64,000 bases of DNA from an uncultured Actinomycetes bacterium (GTDB taxonomy: Bacteria > Actinomycetota > Acidimicrobiia > IMCC26256 > PALSA-610): NCBI GenBank assembly GCA_963841215.1, contig CAWJBW010000004.1:193870-257869 (forward strand), read 5' to 3'. The notes under the pieces were generated by a model. The model was not told where the DNA came from. It saw only the letters and a program-made list of their open reading frames with translations, and did not search any database. This document shows, in pieces, positions 31,376 to 40,188 of this stretch. Within the stretch, counting starts at the first letter, position 1, and each line of letters begins with the position of its first letter. The translations under genes were made by a program, and so were the position numbers.

Positions 31376-31389
31376 CCGTGATCGACCCA

Positions 31390-32663
31390 TCAGGAGCGGC
31401 GGGGCGGATGGGCGCGGATGATGGCGCGCACGGGCCGGTCGTAGCGCACGTAGTACCAGGACCATCGGAGCATGACGATCAGCCGGTTCTCGAAGCCGAT
31501 CATGTAGTAGAGGTGCACGACGAGCCACACGATCCAGCCGATGAAGCCGGTGAACGTCAGCGGTCCGACCTCTCCGACCGCCGCGGTCCGGCCGATCGTC
31601 GCCAGCGTGCCCTTGTCGCGGTACTTGAACGGCTTTCGCGGCCCTGTGCCGAGTGATCTGCCTGGCGACGTAGCGACCGGCCTGCATCGCGGGCGGTGAC
31701 GTCATCGGGAGCTCGGCCCCGTGGCCGTCGTCCGCCGCGGCCGAATCGCCGATCGCGAATGCGCCATCGGTGCCGGGAATGCGGAGGAACTCGTCGATCT
31801 CGATGCGATCGGCGGCTGTGTGTGGCGCCGGCGCGACCACGGTGAGCGACTCGGCGCGCACACCCGCAGTCCAGATCATCGTGGCGGTCTCGATCTCGCC
31901 GCCGTCTCGCGTCCGGACGAACTTGTCGTCGGCGGAGGCGACGAGCGCGTTCGTGCGCACGTCGACACCGCGGCGCTCCAGCTCTCGGCGCGCGTACGCG
32001 GACAACCGGGGCTTGAACGTCGCCGAGCAGGCGATCGGCCCCTTCGAGCAACACGATGCGAGACGTCGTGATGTGCGATCTCCGGATACTCGAGCGGAAG
32101 CACCAGCCGCACCAGCTCGGCAAGCGGCGCCCGCGTACTCGACGCCGGTCGGACCGCCGCCGACGATGCAGAACGTGAGCAGGCGCCGCCGTTCGTCGGG
32201 ATCGGTCGTGCTCGTCGCCCGCTCGAGACAGTCGAGCACGTGGTTGCGGAGTTGCAGCGCCTCACCGAGATCCTTCAGGCCGAACGCGTGCTCCGCGAGA
32301 TCGTCGTTCCCGAAGTAGTTCGTGCGACTGCCCGCGGCGAGCACGACGAAGTGGTACGGGAGCTGCGTCGCCGTCGGCGAGGTGCACGATGCGCGCGTCG
32401 TAGTCGATGCGGGCGACGTCACCCATGCGGAAGCGGACGTTGCCGGCGCCACGGAACACCTTGCGGAGCGGCGCCGCGATTTCGCCCGGGGCGAGCAGGC
32501 AGCTCGCAACTTGGTACAGGAGCGGCGTGAACAGGTGGTAGTTGCGCCGGTCGACGAGGACGACGTCGACCGGCTCGTTCCGCAGCCGGCGCGCGCACGC
32601 CAGGCCGCCGAACCCGGCGCCGATGATCACGACCCGCGGCCGCACGGTCCTCCCGGTCTCCAT
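31390..32663 (-). CDS. ndh: Type II NADH dehydrogenase / NAD(P)/FAD-dependent oxidoreductase (Ndh-like), frame-disrupted
   Basis: RVVIIGAGFGGLACA, NYHLFTPLLYQVA, FCIVGGGPTGVEYAGA, AIGDSAA, and C-terminus ..WLVVHLYYMIGFENRLIVMLRWSWYYV... At least 5 frame switches. Confidence 0.75.
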
Positions 32664-32728
32664 TGCGGCCCAGTCTCGACCACGCGGCGAAATCCGCCCG
32701 AATGCGTCGATCTCGGATGGGGTTTACC

Positions 32729-32750
32729 GTCTACCTACTAGTAGGTAGAC
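32729..32750. promoter_or_regulatory. Perfect 22-bp AT-rich palindrome (operator or 5'-UTR hairpin) between ndh and the desaturase gene
   Basis: GTCTACCTACTAGTAGGTAGAC ends 7 nt before the desaturase ATG (32758) and lies 66 nt from the ndh start. Confidence 0.55.
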
Positions 32751-32757
32751 TAGGCCC

Positions 32758-33683
32758 ATGCGTTACGACACCCTCCCCGAGTGCGCTCTCCTCACCGACC
32801 TCACGCCGGTCGCCGAGCGCCTGCTCGAACGGCATCTCACCGGCGCCAAGGAATGGTTCCCCCACGAGTACGTGCCCTGGTCGCGGGGACGTGACTTCGT
32901 CGACGGCGAAGCACTGGGACGAACGCGACGCGGCCATCGACCCCGCGGTCCGCAGCGCCCTGTTCGTGAACCTGCTGACCGAAGACAACCTCCCCTACTA
33001 CACGCGCCAGATCACCAACATGTTCGGCGACGAGTCCGTGTGGGGCACCTGGGTGCGTCGGTGGACCGCAGAAGAAGGCCGGCACTCGATCGTGCTGCGC
33101 GACTACCTCACTGTCACCCGGTCCATCGATCCGGTCGCACTGGAGCGCGCCCGGATGGCGCAGGTCGAGCGCGGCGAGGTCCCGGAGCCCGACACCATCG
33201 AAGACGGCATGGTCTACGTCGCGCTGCAAGAGCTCGCGACGCGCATCGCGCACCACAACACCGGGAAGCTCTGTGAAGACCCCGCCGCTTACGAAGTGAT
33301 GAAGCGCATCGCCAGCGACGAGAACCGTCACTACCTGTTCTACCGCGACCTCACGACCGCCGCGCTCGAGCGCGACCCGTCAGCGATGGTCTGCGCGATC
33401 GAGCGGCAGGTCCGCACGTTCGAGATGCCGGGTACCGGGATCATCGACTTCGAGCAGCACGCGCGCGCGATCGCACGCGCCGGGATCTACGACTTCGCCG
33501 TGCACCACGAGCAGATCCTCGTACCCGTCGTGTTGCGGCACTGGAACGTCGAGGCGCTCGAAGGCCTGACGCCCGAAGCCGAGCAGTCACGCCGCGCTCG
33601 TGGAACGCATCGAGCGCATCGGCAACCTCGGCCGCCGCCTGGCGGCGCGCCGCGAGTCCGAGGCTCTGGCAATCCCCGCGTAA
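32758..33683 (+). CDS. Acyl-ACP (stearoyl-ACP-type) desaturase
   Basis: ..NLLTEDNLPYYTRQI...WTAEEGRHSIVLRDYL...QELATRIAHHNTG...ASDENRHYLFYRDL.. carries di-iron EXXH motifs. 2-3 frame switches (about 32915 and 33590). Confidence 0.8.
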
Positions 33684-33716
33684 CCAGCGAGAGAACCCGG
33701 CTCGCAGCAAGCCGAA

Positions 33717-34068
33717 CTGATCTGGGATACCTCCGAGATCGTCGCTTCGAGCGCGCTGTTGGTGGTCGAAGCGAGAGCCGCCCTTGCCGCCGCAGCGCGA
33801 GCCGCTCGGTTGAGCGCCTCGGATCATCGCAGCGCCAAGCGTCAGCTCGCCGCGCTCGTCGACGAGCTGACGTTGGTGGAGATGACCGAGCGACTGATCG
33901 GTGACGCGGCCGAGCTTGCGGAACAAGAGGCGCTACGCGGCTATGACGCCGTGCATCTTGCCGCCGCGATCACGGTCGATGCGATCGTGCTGACGGCGAG
34001 CGGACGCGACGCTCTGCGCGGCCGCACAGCGTCGCGGGCTTCATGTTGCCAATCCGCTCGCAGGCTGA
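33717..34068 (+). CDS. PIN-domain (VapC-like) toxin, orphan and possibly degenerate
   Basis: LIWDTSEIVASSALLVVEARAAL...GYDAVHLAAAI...(frame switch near 34005)...DATLCAAAQRRGLHVANPLAG*. No ATG, GTG or TTG is available for the N-terminal DTS segment (only a CTG at 33717). No antitoxin ORF lies upstream. Confidence 0.45.
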
Positions 34069-34080
34069 TCTGCGTTCTTG

Positions 34081-35337
34081 TTATGCGTTGCGGTGGCGAT
34101 TGCGCCGCGCCGCCTGGGGCTGCTTCCCCCGCCGGCGAGCTTCGCGGTTGGGCCGGGGCCGTCCCTGCGGACGGGTCGGTGCGGGTGCCGGCCTTGCGAC
34201 AGCCGGACGCTCGATGCCGACCGCGTCCGGCGGCGGGTGCTGGACGTCGCCGGTGATGCCGGCCGCGCGCTGGAGGCGCTTGGCGTCGCGGGTCTGATGC
34301 CCGGCTACGAGCGACACGACGATGCCCGACGCGCCCGCACGTGCGGTGCGGCCCGAGCGGTGCAAGTAATCCTTGGCGTCGGCCGGGAGATCGAAGTGAA
34401 CGACGCACGCGACGTCGTCGACGTGGATGCCACGCGCGGCAACGTCGGTCGCGACGAGCGCGGATGCGTGCCCGTCCTTGAACTCCCGCAGCGCGCGGTC
34501 ACGCTGACCTTGGCTCCGCCCACCGTGGATCGCAGCCGCATGCACACCGGTGCGCGACAAGACCTTCACCACCCGGTCGACACCGTGGCGGGTTCGGCAG
34601 AACACGATCGTCGGACCGTTGGCGCTGATGATGTCGGCGGTGCGTTCGACGCGATCGCCCGGCTCGACCTTCCAGAAGCGGTGCTCGGCCAGTGTGATGT
34701 CGGGCTCGGCCGCGCCGACCTCGTGACGGGCCGGGTTGTTCTGGTACTCGCGGGTCAGGACCGCGACGGCGCCGTCGAGCGTCGCCGAGAACAACACGGT
34801 CTGACGCGACTCGTTGGTCTCGTCGAGCAGCTTGCGCACCTGGGGAAGGAAGCCCATGTCGGCCATGCGGTCGGCCTCGTCGATCACGACCGTCGTGACC
34901 GAGTCGAGACGAACCGCGTTCTGTTCGACGAGATCGAACAGGCGACCGGGGCAGGCGACGAGCACGTCGACGCCCTTGCGCAACGCCCGGCGCTGCGGGT
35001 CGTAGCCGACGCCGCCGTACACGGCGTAGACGCTGCGGCCCCGCGCTCGGGCCAGCGGCTCGAGCGCCTGCTGGATCTGGGCCGCGAGCTCTCGGGTCGG
35101 TGCGAGCACGAGGGCGCGCGGCTTCTTGGGTGCTGCCTTGGCGATCCGCGCGAGGAGCGGGATCCCGAAGGCGAGGGTCTTGCCCGAGCCTGTCGGCGCG
35201 CGTCCGCAGACGTCGCGGCCGGCGAGGATGTCGGGGATGGTTGCGGCTTGCACCTCGAACGGCGCGCTGATGCCACGTTGGGCGAGCGCGTCGACGAGGT
35301 CGGCGGGTACGCCGAGATCAGTGAATGAGGATGACAA
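34081..35337 (-). CDS. DEAD-box ATP-dependent RNA helicase with Arg-rich C-terminal tail
   Basis: Intact: F..LGV (Q-motif region), APTGSGKTLAF, PTRELA, VIDEADRM, SAT, HGG..QG.R, HRSGRTARAG. TTG start at 35337 is preceded by AGGAG. Confidence 0.85.
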   Translation of the reverse strand: MSSSFTDLGVPADLVDALAQRGISAPFEVQAATIPDILAGRDVCGRAPTGSGKTLAFGIPLLARIAKAAPKKPRALVLAPTRELAAQIQQALEPLARARGRSVYAVYGGVGYDPQRRALRKGVDVLVACPGRLFDLVEQNAVRLDSVTTVVIDEADRMADMGFLPQVRKLLDETNESRQTVLFSATLDGAVAVLTREYQNNPARHEVGAAEPDITLAEHRFWKVEPGDRVERTADIISANGPTIVFCRTRHGVDRVVKVLSRTGVHAAAIHGGRSQGQRDRALREFKDGHASALVATDVAARGIHVDDVACVVHFDLPADAKDYLHRSGRTARAGASGIVVSLVAGHQTRDAKRLQRAAGITGDVQHPPPDAVGIERPAVARPAPAPTRPQGRPRPNREARRRGKQPQAARRNRHRNA

Positions 35338-35548
35338 CGATTGCTCCTGGCTGTTCCCGCACGCGCGGGATCGTCGACTTCGGCTGGCGAAGGACGAGGC
35401 GGCCATTCGCAAGATGTCTGCAGGAACCCCTGGATCAGGTTTGGATCAGCGGTTTCTGCGTGGGCACCGGTTGAGACGCCGGGGAGCGCATGTCGCGAGC
35501 CTCGACCCTGACGTTGCGGTGCAGAGGAGAGAGTAGCAGACGCGCTCG

Positions 35549-35929
35549 CTACACCTCGCCCGGTTGGTGCAGCGCGAGGGCGTAGCCGTCGGGATCGCGG
35601 GCGACGAACTCGGTGTGACGCGCGAGCTCGATGAACGTCGGCTCGCCTTCGACGGTGGCACCCATCTCGATCGCCTTGCGGTGCGCGGCGTGGACATCGG
35701 GAACCTCGACGTACAGGAGCACGCCCGCACCACGCGGCGCGCTCGCCGGGAGACGGGTGTCACCGTGCTCCTCGGCGTCGGCGTGGTGGAGCTGCAGGAC
35801 GAGCTCACCGTCGAGCATCAGCATCTCGAATTCCTCGCCGCCGTGCGCGCTCGTCGCGCCGAGCAGGGTCTGGTACCAGTGCGACGACGCGGCAACGTCG
35901 TCCACGAACAGCATCGGCGTCAGCGTCAT
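35549..35929 (-). CDS. VOC family protein (glyoxalase/bleomycin-resistance fold)
   Basis: Intact 126 aa, ..MLFVDDVAASSHWYQTLLG...FVARDPDGYALALHQ.. Confidence 0.7.
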   Translation of the reverse strand: MTLTPMLFVDDVAASSHWYQTLLGATSAHGGEEFEMLMLDGELVLQLHHADAEEHGDTRLPASAPRGAGVLLYVEVPDVHAAHRKAIEMGATVEGEPTFIELARHTEFVARDPDGYALALHQPGEV

Positions 35930-36937
35930 CGGGACCTCCCGTTGTCACATCCGAGTTCTTCCACCAGGACTTCGACGTCGGCGAGGAGGCGCAAGACGTC
36001 GTTGAGATGCGTGCACGTCGTCGTGCCCTTGAACTCGCGGCGCACGTACTGACGCAGCTCCCCTACCGGTCGACCGACGAGACGCGCCGCGCCCGCAAGG
36101 GCGTTCGGGCACTCCTGCCAGGGCAGCACGTTCGCGGTTGCGTCGATCGCTCGGACGGTGTGGGTCGCGGCCTCGACGGTCGCGGCCAGGCCGTACTCGT
36201 GCACGACCGTCTCGACGCCGTCTTCGTCGACGTGGGAGTCGCGGAAATGGGCGTCGATGCAATATGGATCGCCCGCGACAGTGGGCGCGATCACGTCGAG
36301 CCGTCGGGCGCGCCGCGTCGAGTGCGGCGGCAGCACCGGGCGTTCGTGCCATCCGTCGGGGTCGGCGGGGTCGAGGAGCTCGGGTGCGACGGGTCCGAGC
36401 GGCGTCGGGTTCCGGCCGGTGGCGCGGATGACCTGCATCATCGACGCGTCGCCGGCCCAGCCCGCGCAGAGATCGACCTGCGCGTCGATGAACTGGTCGG
36501 GCACGGAGCGGGTCGGGAACGCGCCGGCGTGCAGTTGCGCGTACCCGGAGACGAGCACCGCGCCGGGAACGTCGTCGAGCAACATGAGCAACGGCGATGC
36601 GCCACGACCGGAGTACGGGACGACTGCATCGACCTTGGACCGGAAGCCGGGTCCGACGAGCGCACCCGTCAGACCCTGCAACGCGAGCAGTTCGGGTTCA
36701 GTGCGGAGCCCGACGAGAGAACGGTCGGTGCCGTCGACATCGAGTCTCACCCGTGCGCTCGCAGCCACGCGCGACTCGCCCGCCCGCCGGCGTCACGAGG
36801 TCGCGCGCGACGCCGTCGATCACCAGCGCGCCGAGCATCCCGTCGGGACGCGACGTGTCGATCGTGCTCGTCCGACGCGCCGAGCGGGGCACGCGGGGCG
36901 GTGTCGTCGAAGCCGGCCGTTGCGGGCCGCTGATCAC
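35926..36937 (-). CDS. DUF2889 domain-containing protein
   Basis: N-terminus ..RRTSTIDTSRPDGMLGALVIDGVARDLVT.. is in ORF 36698..36937. The body is in ORF 35926..36768 (..LPWQECPNAL..GTTTCTHLNDVLR..). One frame switch near 36770. Its stop overlaps the VOC start (ATGA). Confidence 0.65.
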
Positions 36938-37021
36938 CTTCCCGGTGACGGGCGAGACGACGACGTGGACAGCGCGGCAAGGCCGTGGAGTGTACGGCCG
37001 CGGTTCGTCAGCCGTTTCTCG

Positions 37022-37835
37022 TCACGTCGAGCGCCGGGCCCACGCCTGCACGACGCGTGGGATGCTCGACACCGTGTTCGGATCGCGCGCGTAGTCCCAT
37101 AGCTCGAGGCGCAGGCGCCCGACTTCCCTGATCGACACGCAGCTCCTGTGCGACCAGCACGCGTCGCGATCGCTTCGAACGTGATCGGCGCGAGCAACTT
37201 CACGTCACCTTCCATGGCCGCCGGCTGCACGACGCCGAACTCGACGGCGGCAAGACCTGCGTCCCGCAACATTCCCGGGAGCCGGGGGCCGATGTCGGGG
37301 TCGGCACCGCGACCTCGCACCGCGGTGCGGTAGAGATCCACGAATCGCGTGAACGCCGCGCTCGCCGGCGAACAGAACTGGCCCGAGCAGTCGACGTCTT
37401 CGACGACCATCACGCCGCCGGGTGCGAGGCGAGCCGCGAGGTGCGCCACCGCCTGCTCCGGCCGCGGAAGGTGCGACAGCAGGAACCGCGCGTAGACGAC
37501 GTCGAACCGCTCCGGCGTCGACACCGGCGCGAGCACATCCTCGACGACGGAACTCGACGTTGGCGACCGATTCGGCTTCCGCCTCGCGGCGCGCGAGGTC
37601 GAGTTTCACGTCGTCCACGTCGACACCGACAACCGAGCCCTGAGGTGCGAGCCGACCCAGCTCGAGCGTCACGTCGCCACCACCGCAGCCGACGTCGAGG
37701 CAACGCGCCTCGGGTCGCACGAGCGGCTCCAGCAACCGGTGCGTCGTGGGCCACATCACCCGGGCGAGCATGCGGAGCCGTTCCCGGCCCTGCCGTCCGC
37801 CGCGAATCACGTAGTGCGGGGCGTTGGTCGCTCAT
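37022..37835 (-). CDS. Class I SAM-dependent methyltransferase
   Basis: ..YVIRGGRQGRERLRMLARV...CLDVGCGGGDVTLELG...FDVVYARFLLSHL...LAPGGVMVVEDVD.. with tail ..LWDYARDPNTVSSIPRVVQAWARRST* after at least 3 frame switches. Confidence 0.7.
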
Positions 37836-37956
37836 GCACCAGGGTACGGAAGAACTCGGGATCCGGTTCGCGCCCTGGTGGGTACCATGGGTGCAGCGGC
37901 GCCTACCGACACGCACGGGTGCCGCCCATGAAGATGCACGCAATGCACGTTGACAT

Positions 37957-38315
37957 GGGGGTGCGTGGCTTCGATCTTGGGCATCGAGGTGGGAGAAGCG
38001 AGCCGACGTCGCCGGAACGTCGTGAAAGAGCCGGCACACCTATAACTGCCAACCAAGACGACAACCGTCTGGCTCTCGCTGCCTAAGAGTTCTTAGGTAG
38101 CACGCTCACTGCAGGTCCGTCGTTCGCCTGCGTGCAGCGTCATAAAGGACGACTCACCGTCAGGCACGGCCTCGGGGCCCGACGGGACATCGAACGAGGC
38201 TTGGTTCGGTCACAGGGTGCCGATGACCTGGGGCCGGACGAGACCTCCCATCGGCTGCGCTCGGAGAAGTCCCATCAAGAGTCTGGGAGACGCGGGTTCG
38301 ACTCCCGCCACCTCC
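37957..38315 (+). ncRNA. ssrA: tmRNA (transfer-messenger RNA)
   Basis: 5' GGGGGTGCGTGGCTTCGATC... pairs with 3' ...CACCTCCA. T-arm is GCGGGTTCGACTCCCGC. The tag ORF GCC AAC CAA GAC GAC AAC CGT CTG GCT CTC GCT GCC TAA (38048-38086) encodes ANQDDNRLALAA. Overall collinear with the mycobacterial ssrA I recall. CCA is not encoded. Confidence 0.9.
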
Positions 38316-38317
38316 AC
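38295..38317 (+). repeat. Direct repeat copy 1 (tmRNA 3' end; candidate attL core)
   Basis: GTTCGACTCCCGCCACCTCCACT is identical to 50671-50693. Confidence 0.8.
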
Positions 38318-38361
38318 TCGCGGGCGTCCTGACAAGGGCTTTCGCGGCCTGCCAGGGATGG

Positions 38362-38378
38362 CGTGACACGCGTGACAC
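38362..38378 (+). repeat. Tandem CGTGACAC repeats just inside left island end (arm-site-like)
   Basis: CGTGACAC-G-CGTGACAC, 45 nt from the left direct repeat. Related to the cluster at 50523-50552. Confidence 0.4.
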
Positions 38379-38811
38379 ATGGCGACGCCCGGCACCGGAG
38401 CTCATGGCCCCGATCGGGTGCATACGTCGATGCGGCGCCGGGCGGAGAGTTCGGTCGCGAAGTGCGTCAGCGCCGGTTCGGTGATCGCGCGCCCGGCCAT
38501 CGTTCACTCGCGCTTCAGAGTCAGCTTCACCTCGTCGACCGGCTGACGCGTCATTTGGTCCCCTCCCTTCGGGTTCAGCGTGCGTGCGGTGGGCCTCGTC
38601 CGTGGTACTCCCGGTGCTCGACCTCCGTAGGATCGAAAATCCGGCCGCGTCTTCGTCAATCCCGGGCCCGATGCCGGCAGGACACTGGATCCTCCGCCGC
38701 CTCCCAATCCGTCCTCGAGAATGCTGCTTCCCCCTACGCTCCGTTCCGAACGGAGGCGCTAGAGGGCCGAGCCCGAGCATCGGAGGCGGCGGAGCGTGAG
38801 AGGAATGTGGC

Positions 38812-40056
38812 GTGCGTCTGGGTGACGTGGCCAATGCGGAAGCGCAGCAGTACGGAAAACCACTCGACGGTGTCCGCGTGCTCGCCCTGGAGCAGATGGC
38901 CGCGATGCCGTTCGCGACCCAACTGCTGGCCCGTCTCGGCGCCGATGTCGTCAAGGTCGAGCATCCGGTGCATGGAGAATCGGGGCGCGCGGCATCACCG
39001 GCGATCACGGACCCCGAAGGCCGTGTCGTCGGAGCAACGTTCCTACGGAGCAATCTCGGCAAGCGCAGCATCGGCGTCGACATACGCACCGAGGCGGGTC
39101 GCGATTTGATCCTGCGGCTCGTCCCGCGCTTCGACGTCTTCGCCGAGAACTTCAAGGCGGGCACCATCGACCGGCTCGGCCTCGGGTACGACGCGGTATC
39201 GGCCGTCCACTCTGGCGCGATCTACGTGTCCGTCTCGGGTTTCGGTGCCGACGCATCCGAGTACGGGGAGTGGCCCGCGTATGCGTCGATCGTCGAAGCC
39301 ATGTCCGGCATCTACGACTTCATGCGCCGGCCCGACGAACGTCCGCGTCCGAACCCTGTCGGCGCGCTCGGCGACATCTCGACCGCGTTGTTCTCCGTCA
39401 TCGGTGTGCTCGCGGCGTTGCGCCACCGCGACGCCACCGGCATGGGTCAACGGATCGACGTCGCGATGTACGACTCCACCGTCGCGATGACCGACATCGT
39501 CCCCAACTTCTATTCGCTCGGGTGGGAGCGTCAAGCCTCACCCGCGCCGTATCTGATCGCGTCGTTCAAGGCGAAGGACGGCTGGTTCGTCATGCAGATG
39601 GTGCGCGAGCACCAGTTCGCGGCGCTCGCCGAGCTGCTCGGCCGGCCGGAGTGGAAGACCGACCCGCGCTTCGCCGAACGAACCGGGTGGGACGTGCACC
39701 TCGACGATGTCATCCGGCCGGCGATCGAATCGTGGGCCGCCGGCATGACGAAGCGCGACGCCGCAGCTGCGCTCTCGACCGCGGGCCTCGCGGTCGGCCC
39801 GGTCCACGAGGCCGCCGAGGTCGTCGCCGATCCGCACCTCCGGGCGCGATCGATGCTCGTGGAGATGGAACGGCCGGACGGGTCGGGTCCACCGGTGCTC
39901 GTGCCGGGCAATCCGGTCAAGATGTCGCGAGTGGCCGAAGGGCCCGAACAACGTGTGCCGTGGGTCGGTGAGCACACGGCGGAGGTGTTGCGGGCCGAGC
40001 TCGGTTGTGACGACGCCGCGCTCGCGGAGCTCCGCGCCGCCGGCGTCATCGCCTGA
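38812..40056 (+). CDS. CaiB/BaiF family III CoA-transferase
   Basis: Intact 414 aa: LDGVRVLALEQMAAMPFATQLLARLGADVVKVE...FLRSNLGKRSIGVD...VFAENFKAGT... Confidence 0.8.
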   Translation: MRLGDVANAEAQQYGKPLDGVRVLALEQMAAMPFATQLLARLGADVVKVEHPVHGESGRAASPAITDPEGRVVGATFLRSNLGKRSIGVDIRTEAGRDLILRLVPRFDVFAENFKAGTIDRLGLGYDAVSAVHSGAIYVSVSGFGADASEYGEWPAYASIVEAMSGIYDFMRRPDERPRPNPVGALGDISTALFSVIGVLAALRHRDATGMGQRIDVAMYDSTVAMTDIVPNFYSLGWERQASPAPYLIASFKAKDGWFVMQMVREHQFAALAELLGRPEWKTDPRFAERTGWDVHLDDVIRPAIESWAAGMTKRDAAAALSTAGLAVGPVHEAAEVVADPHLRARSMLVEMERPDGSGPPVLVPGNPVKMSRVAEGPEQRVPWVGEHTAEVLRAELGCDDAALAELRAAGVIA

Positions 40057-40137
40057 TGCACCACCCCCTCCTCGAAGTTGCGTGGCGAAAGGTGCTGACA
40101 GGACCCTTCCCCACGCAAGAGCGAGGTGGTGTGGCGT

Positions 40138-40158
40138 AATCTGACGACCCGTCAGATT
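40138..40158. promoter_or_regulatory. 9-bp inverted repeat with 3-nt spacer upstream of acyl-CoA dehydrogenase (operator candidate)
   Basis: AATCTGACG-ACC-CGTCAGATT ends 30 nt before the ATG at 40189, just upstream of the GGAGG ribosome-binding site. Confidence 0.4.
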
Positions 40159-40188
40159 CGCGATTACGAGACAGGCGCCGGAGGCACC

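Noticed and set aside
35440-35520. Possible fourth, degenerate copy of the REP-like element (CAGCGGTTTCTGCGTGGGCA...GCATGTCGCGAGCC)
   Set aside because: Both arms match the consensus at only about half the positions and do not pair with each other convincingly. It lies in a 5'-UTR context, unlike R1-R3.
37948-37953. TTGACA hexamer as the ssrA promoter -35
   Set aside because: It ends 3 nt before the mature tmRNA 5' end, so it cannot be a -35 element for this RNA. I could not identify the real promoter.
38318-38560. Integrase or excisionase remnant next to ssrA
   Set aside because: None of the six frames shows tyrosine-recombinase (R..H-x-x-R..Y) or serine-recombinase motifs. Only 16- and 32-codon ORFs of unknown nature are present. 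I left this as an open question rather than a call.
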